Sequence record: SRR22947727_2379 | Length of the DNA: 32,138 nucleotides | Reading direction: 5' to 3' (one strand) | Shown here: positions 1 to 8,500 of the stretch, piece by piece | Layout: each line of letters starts with the position of its first letter | Numbering within the stretch: position 1 is the first letter of the stretch | Position numbers and translations under genes: made by a program | Notes under the pieces: model-generated | Database searches by the model: none | Told to the model about the DNA's origin: nothing | Seen by the model: only the letters and a program-made list of their open reading frames with translations

Positions 1-41
1 AACCAACCCTATTGATTCATCGAACGTACCTTATTGGTTCG
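1..41. repeat. Two direct copies (reverse orientation) of a 20-bp REP-like palindromic repeat, first copy truncated by the window edge
   Basis: aaccaaccctattgattc (1-18) and gaacgtaccttattggttcg (22-41) match the reverse complement of the consensus CGA(T/A)CCAA(T/C)AGGGTTGG(T/A)TC, which is seen at four other sites. Confidence 0.7.
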
Positions 42-72
42 TGGGGATGAAGTCCCATGCCTTGCATCTCAG

Positions 73-153
73 GAATATCGCACAAGGAATTTCCAAATTC
101 GAAGTCCCGCAGCCTCCGAAACTTCTGATTTCGAGATTCCTTGTTCGATATTC
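73..153. repeat. Imperfect inverted repeat (33-bp arms, 15-nt loop) built from 7-nt subunits
   Basis: Arm 73-105 gaatatcgcacaaggaatttccaaattcgaagt versus reverse complement of 121-153 gaatatcgaacaaggaatctcgaaatcagaagt: 28/33 identical. An extra gatattc unit lies at 154-160. Confidence 0.85.
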
Positions 154-200
154 GATATTCAACAATCGCTGGGCCCAGTCGGTGAAGAAGGAAATTCTGG

Positions 201-570
201 CGTCCCGGCAGGGACAGCTCGACGGTAGCCCGGTGCAAGTGAGACACGAACACAGCGGCGGGATCAGATCCGTGCCACCCAAGTCACTCCGGCAGGGGTG
301 ATAGAAGTTTCCGCCGCATCCACCTTCGTTGCACACAGCAGCCATCGGCCCGATTCGATGTCACCGGCATCAATGCGATGTGAACATTCATGGGGTGGAT
401 TTGGGGTGCTGGCGAATCGGATCGGATCTGACCTGGCGGATGGGATTGTTGGCGAAATGGGGGCTGCTATCACCCTTGCCGGGGTGATCCCACGGGTATC
501 GCGGGCGGTCTCGGAGCTGCGCTCGTGCCTCGCTTGCACCAGGCTAACATCTGTCGGTCCTGCCGGGACG
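201..570. mobile_element. REPIN/MITE-like non-autonomous element with 104-bp imperfect terminal inverted repeats
   Basis: Arm 201-304 (cgtcccggcaggga...tagcccggtgcaagtgagacacgaacacagc...tcactccggcaggggtgatag) aligns with the reverse complement of 467-570 (cgtcccggcagga...tagcctggtgcaagcgaggcacgagcgcagc...tcaccccggcaagggtgatag). The inverted repeat is directly seen; mobility is inferred. Confidence 0.6.
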
Positions 571-586
571 TTCCTTGATGATCTGC

Positions 587-1027
587 AATTCCAATCGGAC
601 TGTCCCTAGATTGAATCAGATGACCAGAGGTTGTCATCAGAAGACCAAACGATGCATTTTAACGACCCTGAGTTGCCGTCTGACGACTTCAGATTTTAAT
701 CAGATCATCCAAAGGCGCAGTCACATGTTCACGAAATTGAATCGCACGATTCTTAAATACATTCGAACCAGCCAGAGGTGCAATCAGACAATCGTATGAT
801 TTAATCAGATGACTCGAAGATTTCAACAAATCATCCTTAGGTTTGGTCAGACGATCTTACTATGCTATCAGACGTTCACTAGATTAAATCGGACAACTCT
901 TAGAGTTAAGTTGACGGCTCAAACATTTCTTCAGACGACCAAAAAATTCCGACATATTACTTTGAGATTTAATCCCGCAAACAGAAGACATGTTCGAATG
1001 ACCCTTAGATGCCGTCAGACGATGTGA
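587..1027. repeat. Degenerate tandem array of 21 units x 21 bp, consensus approximately AGATTTAATCAGACGACCCTT
   Basis: Units begin at 587, 608, 629 ... 1007 with no indel. Hand alignment gives position 4 T in 18/21, position 9 T in 18/21, position 10 C in 19/21, position 13 A in 20/21 and position 16 A in 17/21. Confidence 0.9.
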
Positions 1028-1120
1028 CGACTCGGCTTACCTTGCCCATTCAACTTCCGGTCGACGCAGATCGGTTCCCCTTTTCAAAAAAGGCCCGATT
1101 CATTCGAAACTTTTCGAACG

Positions 1121-1588
1121 TTACACGCCTGCTTTCTGGCCGGTCAGAATCTCGTAGAGCTCGGAAGCATTATCCGCTTCGCCAAGTTGGGTGCGCGTGT
1201 CAGCGGAATTAAGCTGCTTGGCAATCGCCGCGAGCGTCTTCAAATGGGCGCTGTATTCCGAACGTGGAACTACAAACAACACAATGAAATGAACGGGTGA
1301 GCGATCAATCGAACAGAAATCGACTCCGGCGGTCGAGCGCCCAAAAACGGTGGTGACTTCTTCAATCGTATCTGAAAAGCAGTGGGGAATGGCAACGCCG
1401 CCGCCAATTCCGGTGCTGCGCTCTTCTTCCCGTTGGCGAAACGCCTCCAAAACGACGTCACGATCTTCGATCGGATAGGAATCGATCGAGATCAGGTGGT
1501 CGACCAACTCAACAATGGCTGGCCAGTGTTCGGTCGCCTGTAGGTCGGCAATCACCCGGTCGGGTGATAGTAATTGGGCCAAAGTCAT
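1121..1588 (-). CDS. ptsN: PTS sugar transporter subunit IIA, nitrogen-regulatory (EIIA-Ntr/Fru-type) protein
   Basis: Motifs REEERSTGIGGGVAIPH (phospho-accepting His), GRSTAGVDFCSIDRSPVHFIVLFVVP and HLKTLAAIA. Start reassigned to the ATG at 1588 (MTLAQLL, 155 aa) because the longer ORF overlaps the divergent gene. Confidence 0.88.
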   Translation of the reverse strand: MTLAQLLSPDRVIADLQATEHWPAIVELVDHLISIDSYPIEDRDVVLEAFRQREEERSTGIGGGVAIPHCFSDTIEEVTTVFGRSTAGVDFCSIDRSPVHFIVLFVVPRSEYSAHLKTLAAIAKQLNSADTRTQLGEADNASELYEILTGQKAGV

Positions 1589-1694
1589 AAAATGGGAAGG
1601 GGCCGATGATAAGCCGGTGCCGGAACCGTTCAAGGAACGATTTTTCAGGGGATTTTTGACTTTTCGCGCGAAGGCGCTCCATTGGTTACCCGAA

Positions 1695-2189
1695 ATGAAA
1701 CACGTTCTGTTCCTTTGCACTGGAAATGTCTGCCGCAGCCCGATGGCAGAAGGTCTTTTTCGCGAGATGGCGAAAAAGGCAGGGCTCGATGCAACCGTAT
1801 CATCCGCTGGACTTAGCACCGGAGACGGCATGGAACCGAGCGATTATTCGGTTGAGGTGATGGCGGATATGGGCATCGATATTTCCAGGCAACGCAGTAT
1901 TGCCCTGACGACTGAGCAGGTGAACCAGGCCACTCATATTTTCGGAATGACGGAGGGCCACGCGGAGCTGGTTCGGATTTATTTTCCCGAGGCGCTGGAG
2001 AAAACTTTTGTCCTGCGTGAGTTCATTACGAAAGACGGTTTCGAGAGCGATGTGTCGGACCCGATTGGGATGCAGCGCGATGAATACGAAAGAACGAGAA
2101 ATCTGATCACCGAAGCCATGCAAAGCGTAATTAATTTTGTCAGTTCCGGAGATCCCACACGCTTTGACAAACCCGATGAGGAAGCGTAA
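1695..2189 (+). CDS. Low-molecular-weight protein tyrosine/arginine phosphatase (YwlE-like)
   Basis: P-loop VLFLCTGNVCRSPMAE (CX5R) and DVSDPIG general-acid motif. ATG at 1695 gives 164 aa. Sits upstream of rpiB, as ywlE does in Bacillus. Confidence 0.9.
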   Translation: MKHVLFLCTGNVCRSPMAEGLFREMAKKAGLDATVSSAGLSTGDGMEPSDYSVEVMADMGIDISRQRSIALTTEQVNQATHIFGMTEGHAELVRIYFPEALEKTFVLREFITKDGFESDVSDPIGMQRDEYERTRNLITEAMQSVINFVSSGDPTRFDKPDEEA

Positions 2190-2222
2190 CGGACGGCAAA
2201 AATTTTTATCCACACACGAAGA

Positions 2223-3917
2223 ATGAGTAAGACTATTATCGTCGGCGCCGATCACGGTGGCTTTGAACTGAAAGAAGCTGTTGTTGCTCACCTGAAAAGC
2301 CTCGGCCACGAGGTGAATGACATCGGCGCGTATTCTGCAGAATCCGTTGATTATCCGGACTATGCGCACCGCGTTGCGGGTGCTGTTGTCGGCGGAAGCG
2401 CTGATCTCGGCGTGCTTTGCTGCACGACGGGCATCGGCATGAGCATCGCTGCCAACCGTCACCCCGGAATTCAAGCGGCTCTGGTAACGGATGTCGAAAC
2501 AGCCGCGACAACGCGAGTTCACAACAATACCAACGTGCTCTGTCTCGCCGGAAATAAGACCGGCCCTGAAGGAGTCCCTGCGCTTCTCGACGCGTGGCTG
2601 GGTGCTGAATTTGATGCCGGTGGTCGCCACGAGCGACGCGTTGGAAAAATCAATGCCTGCGGCGGCGATCTCGATGTGGTTCCTGCGGAACTCGCTGCGG
2701 TGGATCCTGAGATTGCCAAGTGCATTGCGGACGAAGCCAAGCGCCAGCAGAATAACATCGAGCTGATTGCATCGGAGAACTTTGCTTCGAAAGCGATTCA
2801 ACAAGCGCAAGGCAGCTGCCTGACGAATAAATATGCTGAGGGTTACCCCGGTAAGCGTTGGTATGGCGGGTGTGAAAACGTCGATGTGGTTGAAACACTC
2901 GCAATCGAGCGGGCGAAAAAGCTCTTCGATTGCGAATTCGCAAATGTTCAGCCGCATTCCGGTTCACAAGCGAACGCGGCGGTTTACTTCAGCGTATTGA
3001 CGCCGGGAGATAAGATTTTGACGATGGACTTGAGTCACGGTGGTCACCTGACCCACGGTCACTTCGCGAATTTCTCCGGTAAATTGTACGAAGTTGAGCA
3101 CTACGGCGTTTCCGAGGAAACCGGCCGGATTGATTACGATAAGCTGGCTGAAGCCGCGAAGCGATATAAGCCGAAGATGATCACAGCAGGAGCTTCGGCT
3201 CACTCGCGAATCATCGATTTCAAGCGCATGCGTGAGATTGCCGATTCGGTTGATGCTTACCTTTTCGTCGACATGGCTCACATCGCCGGACTTGTTGCGG
3301 CAGGCGTTCACCCGACACCGCTCCCACACGCGCACTTCATCACGACGACGACTCACAAGAGTCTTCGCGGTCCTCGTGGCGGCCTGATTTTGACGAATGA
3401 CGCGGCTTTGGCCAAGAAGATCGACTCCCAGGTTTTCCCAGGTGTTCAGGGTGGACCGCTCATGCACGTGATCGCTGCAAAAGCGGTTTGTTTTCACGAA
3501 GCGCTGCAGGACGACTTCAAAGCGTATCAGGAGCAAATCGTGAAAAACGCAAAAGCGCTCGCGGCAAAACTCGCTGACAACGGTTACACGATTATTTCAG
3601 GCGGAACAGACAATCACTGCTTCCTCGTTGATCTTCGCCCGGCTGGCTTGAATGGAAAAATTGTTCAGGAAACGCTCGATGAAGCTGGAATCACGGTGAA
3701 TAAGAACTCGATTCCATTCGATACCGAAAGCCCATTCAAAGGCGGCGGAATCCGAATCGGATCTCCTGCAGTGACGACTCGCGGCATGAAAGAAGCCGAC
3801 ATGGAACAGATTGCTGATCTGATTCACGAAGCGATCACCAACCGCGAAGACGATGCCAAACTGGATTCGATTCGCGAGCAGGTGGCCGTAATCAATGAGC
3901 GATTCCCGCTCCCGTAG
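2223..3917 (+). CDS. glyA: Fusion of ribose-5-phosphate isomerase B (aa ~1-146) and serine hydroxymethyltransferase (aa ~155-564)
   Basis: RpiB motifs [32 protein letters not shown] and [12 protein letters not shown] motifs [54 protein letters not shown] and [14 protein letters not shown] (PLP lysine). One uninterrupted frame. Confidence 0.96.
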   Translation: MSKTIIVGADHGGFELKEAVVAHLKSLGHEVNDIGAYSAESVDYPDYAHRVAGAVVGGSADLGVLCCTTGIGMSIAANRHPGIQAALVTDVETAATTRVHNNTNVLCLAGNKTGPEGVPALLDAWLGAEFDAGGRHERRVGKINACGGDLDVVPAELAAVDPEIAKCIADEAKRQQNNIELIASENFASKAIQQAQGSCLTNKYAEGYPGKRWYGGCENVDVVETLAIERAKKLFDCEFANVQPHSGSQANAAVYFSVLTPGDKILTMDLSHGGHLTHGHFANFSGKLYEVEHYGVSEETGRIDYDKLAEAAKRYKPKMITAGASAHSRIIDFKRMREIADSVDAYLFVDMAHIAGLVAAGVHPTPLPHAHFITTTTHKSLRGPRGGLILTNDAALAKKIDSQVFPGVQGGPLMHVIAAKAVCFHEALQDDFKAYQEQIVKNAKALAAKLADNGYTIISGGTDNHCFLVDLRPAGLNGKIVQETLDEAGITVNKNSIPFDTESPFKGGGIRIGSPAVTTRGMKEADMEQIADLIHEAITNREDDAKLDSIREQVAVINERFPLP

Positions 3918-3955
3918 TTGAAAGGAGCAGAAGGAATCTTAACTCTGCATTTTTG

Positions 3956-3996
3956 ATAGCGAGGTTGCCAAGTCACGGTAATCTCGCTATTTTTTT
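3956..3996 (+). terminator. Rho-independent terminator after rpiB-glyA
   Basis: Stem atagcgaggttgcc / ggtaatctcgctat (14 bp including G-U pairs), 7-nt loop, followed by a T run. Confidence 0.8.
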
Positions 3997-3999
3997 AGG

Positions 4000-4383
4000 G
4001 TGAATTCTGAGGACACTCCCTTCACTGCTCGCGTAGATTTTCCCGTAAAACGGATGCTGCGGATGATTGTCTTGGGAAATTTGATGACCACAGGCGGGAT
4101 TTATCTCCTTGGAGTGACTGCATTTGTTCTCCGGAGAATCTCTTTCTATATCACCTCGGAAAAATCCCTTCCTTCCATAGAATTCGTCGCTAAATCGATT
4201 CGGATCGTCGGAGACGAATTGATCGGACTTATTCTGAAATATCCGGGCCTTCTTTTTGTACTCTTTGCACTTAGCGGTCTCGCCTCGATGATCTGGTATG
4301 TCATCGCTCGACGTATCGAAACTCGCGAAATGAAAAAGCGGTGGCTCATCATTCAGAAATCCAGCGTTTCGGAAGAGCAGTGA
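4000..4383 (+). CDS. Hypothetical membrane protein (two predicted TM helices)
   Basis: 127-aa ORF fills the gap between the terminator and the convergent gene. Hydrophobic stretches MIVLGNLMTTGGIYLLGVTAFVL and GLLFVLFALSGLASMIWYVIA. Start codon uncertain. Confidence 0.6.
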   Translation: MNSEDTPFTARVDFPVKRMLRMIVLGNLMTTGGIYLLGVTAFVLRRISFYITSEKSLPSIEFVAKSIRIVGDELIGLILKYPGLLFVLFALSGLASMIWYVIARRIETREMKKRWLIIQKSSVSEEQ

Positions 4384-5526
4384 TCAATGCCCTTTCGCAA
4401 ACGTCGCGATCTTAAAACTCTGCCCCATCATCCCAGGGTGAGTCAGCGTCTGAAACTGCCGGATGCGTTTCGCAGTTTCAGCATCGGGGACGACCCCATC
4501 GATCGACCGAAGCCACTTTTCGGAGGCCCGAATCAGAAAATGATGCTGATCTGTGAGCAAATAATTCCCGAGCCCCACATTGGCGGCTTCGCGAGCGAGA
4601 TGGCTGAAATTCACATGCGTTGTCAGATCGGTTTCGCCCACCCTTTCGAAGGGATTCTCTGATTTTTCGTGATTCCGATAACATTGCAGCGTGCCGGTGG
4701 TGCGGTGCGACGCAAAAAAGTCGTCATCTTCAAATCCGTAATCAAAAATCCAGAACAGGCCTCGTTTCGAAAAAGCCGAGGCCGCTTCGGAAAGCCATTG
4801 GGTAACCGCGAGACAAATTTCGGTGATGTAGCCTTCCGGAAAATCTTCACCCAACCGCGAAACTTCATCCTCAAGCGCAGAATCGGCGAGAATTTCGACC
4901 GGCTGCCACGCAAATCCATCATTCCACCGCGTAACATGCAATTCGCGCCACACTCCGTTTTCGAACTGAATGCGATGCACCGGAAAAGCATCAAGCAGCT
5001 CGTTCGCGAGAAATATCCCCTGTTCGCCCCGCGCCTCGGAAAACGATCCGACAGGGTTGATTCGCTGAACCAACCCTATTGATTCGAAACGAAGCTGCAG
5101 CTGCTCTCGAACCGATTCTCGCGGCTCGACAATCACGTAGCGGCCTCCGTTTTCAAAAAAATCCGGCCGACGAGCTTCCAAAGCCGTTACCACATCGATG
5201 GCGAGCTGCCCATCATGCCCGCCTTGCTCGATGATTGTAAAATTTTCGGCAGATTCGAAATTTTCTACCCAATTCCGCTCGATTTCGTGACTTAAAACAA
5301 ATCCAAAGGTGTCTCCCACACTGACACTGGTGAAAAAGTCGCCAGACCTCCCAATCACTCGTTCTGCCGGAGCTGCGTAGTAGCCCTGATCAGGATGATA
5401 CAACGCCAAACTCATAAAATCCGCGAAGGAAATCGACTTGGATTCCGCTTGTTCGATCTGTTGAAAGATCACTTCTGCAAGCGGCGTATCAGGTTTTGAA
5501 TTTTTTTTGTCGTCAAGATAGCCCAC
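4384..5526 (-). CDS. SAM-dependent methyltransferase, MidA/NDUFAF7 family
   Basis: Family motifs FADFMSLALYHPDQGYY, GDFFTS, EQGGHDGQLA, ANELLDAFPVH, DYG, GETDLTTHVNF and MGQSFK. GTG start; exact start uncertain. Confidence 0.9.
   Translation of the reverse strand: MGYLDDKKNSKPDTPLAEVIFQQIEQAESKSISFADFMSLALYHPDQGYYAAPAERVIGRSGDFFTSVSVGDTFGFVLSHEIERNWVENFESAENFTIIEQGGHDGQLAIDVVTALEARRPDFFENGGRYVIVEPRESVREQLQLRFESIGLVQRINPVGSFSEARGEQGIFLANELLDAFPVHRIQFENGVWRELHVTRWNDGFAWQPVEILADSALEDEVSRLGEDFPEGYITEICLAVTQWLSEAASAFSKRGLFWIFDYGFEDDDFFASHRTTGTLQCYRNHEKSENPFERVGETDLTTHVNFSHLAREAANVGLGNYLLTDQHHFLIRASEKWLRSIDGVVPDAETAKRIRQFQTLTHPGMMGQSFKIATFAKGH
5044..5086. repeat. Inverted doublet of the 20-bp REP-like repeat inside the methyltransferase CDS
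   Basis: cgatccgacagggttgattc (5044-5063) + gct + gaaccaaccctattgattcg (5067-5086). Same layout as the intergenic doublets at 20906-20948 and 27298-27340. Confidence 0.8.
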
Positions 5527-5547
5527 AAGCCGATTTAACGGTATAAT

Positions 5548-8500
5548 ATGAGTTTTTCACGCACCCTTTCCGCACAAAAGTACGTGTCTACCGATATTCC
5601 AGACACCGGTCCCATCGATGAGGCCGTTGATGATTTACCTGACGAACTTGAGCCAGCGCCGCTGGAAGACCTTGAGAGCGAGGGAGAATCCGTGTCCTCT
5701 GAGCCGGAAATTTCAAACGATGAAACGGAGGAAGTAGCGGCAGAGGTTGAAGAAGAAACCGTAACGCCTCCGATTGAAGAGGAATTTCCCGCAGAAGACG
5801 AAATCATTGAAACTCCACTGTCACTCGTTCCGGACACCGAGATCGAGGAAGAAACGCAGCTTTTTGCGGAAGAGTTGGAACGTGTCGAAATCGAAGATTT
5901 CAGCGAACCACCTCTGGAAGTTGATCAGGATGAGGAAGAAGAAGAGGAATTCAACGAAGATGACGTCGTCGGAATCGGGAATGTCGCGTTCGACGATGAA
6001 CTGTCCCCAATCCTTGATGAGCAGGATGCCGATGATGACTTGGAATTGAGCGCTATCGACGCCATTCCGCTGCCACCGCCGCCAAACACACTGAAGCCGG
6101 CAGCAAGTCGAAAGAAAAAATTACTACGACTGTGGGCGTTCGTGAAATTCTGCCTCTTCATGCTGGCATTGTTTTTGATCGTCGGTGTTATCGGCGGAGT
6201 CGGGGTTTATTTTTACTGCTTGCCCCGCTATGAGCTGGCCCAGTCTCTCGACATGAGCAAGATCGATGATCTTGAAGTAGCGAGTAAGATTTTTGATCGA
6301 AACGGAAAAGAGCTTGGCCGGATTTATGTGCAAAACCGCCACCCCGTCCCCTATGAAAGTGTTTCCGAAAATTTCACCAACGCCCTGCTCGCGGCGGAAG
6401 ACAGCCGGTTTCATACTCACAACGGCGTTGATCCGAAAGGTCTGCTCCGAGTGCTTTTTCAGGCCATTAAAACCGGTGAAGTGAATCAAGGGGCTTCCAC
6501 AATCACGCAGCAATTGGCCCGGAATGCATTCGATATGCGCGAGCGGAGCATCAGCCGAAAAGTGACAGAAGCGTTTCTGGCTTGGCGAATCGAAAAGGAA
6601 ATCGCTGATAAAAACAAAATCATGGAGCTCTACATGAACCGGATTTATTTCGGTGACGGCTACTATGGAATTGCTTCTGCGGCTGAGGGATTTTTTGGCA
6701 AAAAGGCCAGCGACCTTACCATCGCGGAGGCCGCGACGTTGGCCGGGGTAATCCGAAATCCTTATTATCGGGGGCCACGGAAATTTCCAGCCGAGTCGAA
6801 AAATACGCGGGACAGTGTCATTCGCCGAATGCTGAAACTTGATTTCATCGAAGAAAACCAGTCAGAAGCGGCCATCAACCAGCCCATTACGACCATTCCA
6901 AAAAAGAATCAGACAGGCCGCTCCAAATATGTTTACGACCGCGTCCGCCAGCAGGTGATCGAACAGCTCGGCTATGAAACGGTATCTCAAGGCGGTTACA
7001 CAATTCGGACGACGATTGATATCGACGTTCAGCAAAAAGCCGAAGAAAAACTGCGATCCCAGCTCGACGAAGTCGAGAAACACCCTGACTTCAAGCACCA
7101 GACGCTAGCTCAGTATAAAGAACTGAAAAAGGAATTTTCCGATGCTGAAAACGGATCTCAACCACCGAATCCCACTTATTTGCAGGGATCGCTGTTGATG
7201 ATCGAAAACAAAACCGGAGCCATCGTCGCGCTCGTTGGTGGGCGCGATTTCTCCGACAGTATGTTTGACCGGACCTCAATGGGGCGCCGCCCTTCCGGCA
7301 CAGCTTTTCTTCCGTTTGTCTACGCATCCGCTTTTGAGAGCGGCAAATTTCCCGGTTCACTCGTCGCGGACACACCGATGGATCAAAGCAATTTGCAGAT
7401 TGGCGGGCTCACCGGAATTGTTGCCGAATGGGGACCGGAAGATCTCGATAACACCTACGAGAATTCGATCACCTATCGGCGGGCGCTCTCCAAATCAGCA
7501 ATTGGTGCAACCGTAAAAGTCGGCACGACGGCGAAGCTGGACAACATCGTTGATCTCGCAAAATCGGTCGGCATGTCCTTTGATGGCGATCTGCAGAATT
7601 TCAACGCCACCATGGTTGGTCGCAACGTTGTTTCAATGTCTGAGCTTTGTGAGGCTTACACCATTTTCCCGAATAACGGCGACCGTCCCGAAGCGACTTA
7701 TTTGATTGAGAGCATCACCGACGCAAACGGTATCGAGATTTTCAAACCGGAAAAACGAATGACCAATCGTCCCGCGATCGATAAGTATTCCGCATTTCAG
7801 GTGACGAGTTGTTTGCAGGATTCTTTGAAAACGGGCTCCGCCAAAAAAGCCACCGAAGAATACGGCCTGGGAGATTATCCTGCCGCCGGCAAAACCGGCA
7901 CCGAATATGGATTCACCGACAACTGGTTCGTCGGCTACACCAGCGAAGTCACCTGCGCAGTGTGGGCCGGGTTCGACAAAACCGAACAAATCTACCCCCT
8001 GGCCTTCAGTGCCGACACCGTTTTACCGGTCTGGACTGATGTCATGAATGCCGCGAAGGCGAGCTATCCCCCACAGGAATTTACGCCTCCAAGCGATGCG
8101 GCAGAGGTTGAGGTGTGCACCCACTCCGGCGAATTGGCGACCAATGATTGCTTTGAAATCGTCCAAAACGGAACCGCCGCAACCCAAGTCCGGACAACAT
8201 TCATCGAGTATCTCCGTCCCGGAACTGAAGTGAAGTCCATTTGTTCCATCCATGCCCGACCCGGCAGCCAAGTATTGACCGGTGCCGGCAGACTGACGCT
8301 TACAGGGAACAACAAACGTCCTCAGCCAATCCGGGTTTCATTGGTGGGCGCCGATCTTGGAGAACCCATCATTCCTATGGCCATGACTGTCGTTGGCGAG
8401 GATCCCTACGCGTCCGTCGTTCCCGTTGTTCGGGCAAAGGTCGCCCTTCCTCATCCGGATGAAGAAACTGATGATCCCGAAGCGATCCCCGGCGAAGAAA

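Noticed and set aside
17-609. Six short ORFs on both strands (64-104 aa)
   Set aside because: They overlap the inverted-repeat elements, have no recognisable motifs (no HUH/Y1 transposase signature) and overlap one another.
587-1027. CRISPR array interpretation of the 21-bp periodic region
   Set aside because: There is no alternation of identical repeats with unique spacers, the period is too short, variation is spread across the unit, and no cas genes are in the window.
1468-1487. Possible degenerate copy of the 20-bp repeat inside ptsN (cgatcggataggaatcgatc)
   Set aside because: Only 15/20 match, solitary, and largely explained by the frequent CGATC word; not counted as a copy.
1515-1831. 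Long overlapping N-terminal extensions of the ptsN and phosphatase ORFs
   Set aside because: Family homology starts at ATG 1588 (-) and ATG 1695 (+), which leaves a normal 106-bp divergent gap.
2206-2214. Perfect DnaA box TTATCCACA upstream of rpiB-glyA
   Set aside because: A single 9-mer is plausible by chance in 32 kb on two strands, and there is no cluster of boxes or adjacent unwinding element.
1800-2957. 385-aa antisense ORF, and similar antisense ORFs at 2964..3536, 16387..17343 and 23985..24662
   Set aside because: Shadow frames opposite well-supported genes, with no motifs of their own.
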